Source of the DNA: Candidatus Sericytochromatia bacterium
GTDB taxonomy: Bacteria > Cyanobacteriota > Sericytochromatia > S15B-MN24 > UBA4093
Reading direction: 5' to 3'
NCBI GenBank assembly: GCA_036676455.1
Contig: JAKFCW010000137.1
Coordinates: 13,783 to 45,782 of the forward strand
DNA: 32,000 bases
The translations under genes and the position numbers were made by a program. The notes under the pieces are model-generated. The model did not search any database and was not told the DNA's origin. It was given only the letters and a program-made list of their open reading frames with translations. Shown here piece by piece: positions 30,390-32,000 of the stretch; positions within the stretch are counted from its first letter, which is position 1; every line of letters begins with the position of its first letter.

Positions 30390-30436
30390 TTAAGCCTCAG
30401 AGGGCCCCGCGAGTCGCGGGGCCCTCTGAGGCTTAA
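30390..30436. terminator. Bidirectional stem-loop terminator candidate between convergent genes
   Basis: Perfect 22-bp stem TTAAGCCTCAGAGGGCCCCGCG - AGT - CGCGGGGCCCTCTGAGGCTTAA, 21 nt after the yggT stop and 5 nt before the end of the opposing ORF at 30441. Confidence 0.8.
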
Positions 30437-30440
30437 CAGC

Positions 30441-31067
30441 TCAATCGTAGCAGTCGAAGAGCCATGCAATCCGGCCGTCATCCCGGACCTCGATCCAGCC
30501 GACCTGCCCCTTCGCGTCTCGGATCTTCACCCACCACTCGATCTGCGGCTCTTTCGGCTCCAGAGCCAATCGGCGTCCCAGCACGGGATCCTCGGATTCC
30601 CACGAAGTCGCCAAGCGGACCTCTTCCCCTTCCAAATCGAGCCAGACGGACGGGATCAGCTGCCCCTTGAGCCTCACCATGTGGCCGGTCTCCCCCATGG
30701 GGTGGAGGATCTCGAGGCGATCGCCCGGCACCACCCGGTACTCGGGCCCCACCTCTGCCCCCCTGTCATCGTGTGAGCGAATCGAAACCACCTCCGTCAC
30801 CTGCACCACGACGGGCTGCAGGACCCGGATCACCCCCGATAGCGCCGTGAAGGTCTGCTTTGACGGCAGGGTGAAGACCACCGGTGACGCCCCTCCCTCC
30901 CCGCGATGGACCCGCAGGGGCTTGGCATTCTCCCACTCTTGCCCGTATTCCAGGCATCCCCAGGGGGGAAGCTTCGCCTCGCTGCGAAGGGGAGCCGCAT
31001 CCGCCCCTAGAAAAGCCATCCCCCCGAGCCACCCGGCAACGAGCGCAGAAAAAAGACGATGGGCCAT
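30441..31067 (-). CDS. Secreted uncharacterised protein with a possible SH3-like domain
   Basis: Signal peptide 'LFSALVAGWLGGMAFLGADAA', then 'VVTEVVSIRSHDD' and 'WVKIRDAKGQVGWIEV' (SH3b-like pattern). AAAGGAG upstream. Confidence 0.65.
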   Translation of the reverse strand: MAHRLFSALVAGWLGGMAFLGADAAPLRSEAKLPPWGCLEYGQEWENAKPLRVHRGEGGASPVVFTLPSKQTFTALSGVIRVLQPVVVQVTEVVSIRSHDDRGAEVGPEYRVVPGDRLEILHPMGETGHMVRLKGQLIPSVWLDLEGEEVRLATSWESEDPVLGRRLALEPKEPQIEWWVKIRDAKGQVGWIEVRDDGRIAWLFDCYD

Positions 31068-31161
31068 GGGGACTCCTTTCGAGGGCGTGTCATCTCCGTG
31101 CTAACCATTATTCCCCCCGATGGCGGGATTGCTTCCTTGCCTAGTAGAACGCCTTCGACCC

Positions 31162-31170
31162 TGCTAAAAT
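31162..31170 (+). promoter_or_regulatory. Candidate extended -10 promoter for the FAD oxidoreductase gene
   Basis: TGCTAAAAT (TGn-TAAAAT) in the divergent gap. No good -35 at standard spacing. Confidence 0.4.
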
Positions 31171-31234
31171 GAGGGGGTCGCGGCGGTTTTGGGGTCACTT
31201 ACCCCGTTTTGCTCGAAGGAGAGCCAGCGCAGCT

Positions 31235-32000
31235 ATGGAACGCGCGGAAGTCGTCATCGTCGGAGGCGGAATCATCGGCGCCTCCATCGCCTATCACCTC
31301 GCCAAGCGCGGCGTGAAGGACATCGTTCTGCTCGAACGCGAACTCTTCTTTGGTGCCGAATCCACCGCCAAGTGCGCCGGAGGCATCCGCTCCCAGTTCG
31401 GCACCCCCATCAACATCCAGCTCTCCCTGCTGTCCATCAAGCACTTCGAGACCTTCGCCGAGGAAATGGGCATCCCCGTCGACTTCCGCCAGGTGGGCTA
31501 CATGTTCATGTCCCCCACCCCCGAGAACTGGGAGCGCGCCAAGCAGGTCGCCGAGCTGCAGCGCCGCTACGGCGTCCCCGTCGAGGCCCTCACGCCCGAT
31601 CGCATCAAGGAGATGGTCCCCGCCATCGACACCTCGGACCTCGTCGGCGCCCACTTCTGCGGCATCGACGGCCTCGCCGATCCCCATGGCTTCCTCCAGG
31701 GCTACCTCAAGGTCGCCCGCCAGCTCGGCGTCCGCGTCCTCAACCAGCGCCCCGTCATCGGCTTCGTGACCGAGGAAGGCCGCATCACCGGCGTCCAGAC
31801 CCCCCAGGGCACCCTCTCCACCGGCCTGGTCATCAACGCCGCCGGCGCCTGGGCCGGACAGCTCGGCAAGCTGCTGGGCATCGACATCCCCGTCGTCCCG
31901 GTTCGCCGTCACATCGCCACCACCGCCGCCATGCCCTGGATCGATCCCCAGTGGCCCATGATGGTCGACAACGGCTCCGGCATCTACATGCACCCCGAAG
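31235..32000 (+). CDS. FAD-dependent oxidoreductase (DAO family, sarcosine oxidase beta/glycine oxidase-like), truncated by window end
   Basis: 'MERAEVVIVGGGIIGASIAYHLAKRGVKDIVLLERELFFGAESTAKCAGGIRSQFG' (Rossmann GGGIIG) and 'LVINAAGAWAGQLGKLLGIDIPVVPVRRHIA'. Frame remains open to the window end. Confidence 0.93.
   Translation, partial: MERAEVVIVGGGIIGASIAYHLAKRGVKDIVLLERELFFGAESTAKCAGGIRSQFGTPINIQLSLLSIKHFETFAEEMGIPVDFRQVGYMFMSPTPENWERAKQVAELQRRYGVPVEALTPDRIKEMVPAIDTSDLVGAHFCGIDGLADPHGFLQGYLKVARQLGVRVLNQRPVIGFVTEEGRITGVQTPQGTLSTGLVINAAGAWAGQLGKLLGIDIPVVPVRRHIATTAAMPWIDPQWPMMVDNGSGIYMHPE

Overview
This is a GC-rich bacterial chromosomal window that is almost fully coding and dominated by housekeeping and envelope genes. 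The central feature is a long co-oriented (-) block, maf-mreB-mreC-mreD-mrdA-minC-minD-minE-rodA, followed by a phospholipase D/cardiolipin-synthase-like lipoprotein gene. Other modules are: a 3'-terminal hemL fragment; a LytM/M23 lipoprotein; a small two-TM protein plus a sodium/solute-symporter-like histidine kinase; a porin-like protein; an orphan HExxH protein; an M20 amidohydrolase; an MCP-like protein; an ABC1/AarF kinase with an alpha/beta hydrolase and acylphosphatase; a subtilisin-like lipoprotein coupled to a second lipoprotein; a Ycf46-like AAA+ ATPase; a yggS-sepF-proC-yggT cluster; and an FAD oxidoreductase running off the end. The mix of MinCDE, SepF, YggT, Ycf46-like ATPase and a porin-like protein suggests a diderm, possibly from a cyanobacteria-related lineage. 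That is inference and low confidence. I found no CRISPR array, tRNA/rRNA, transposase or recognisable defence island. The best second-look items are the small-TM/symporter-kinase pair, the orphan HExxH protein beside a palindromic dispersed-type repeat, the coupled subtilase/lipoprotein pair, and a perfect 22-bp stem between convergent genes. I do not claim a clearly novel system.
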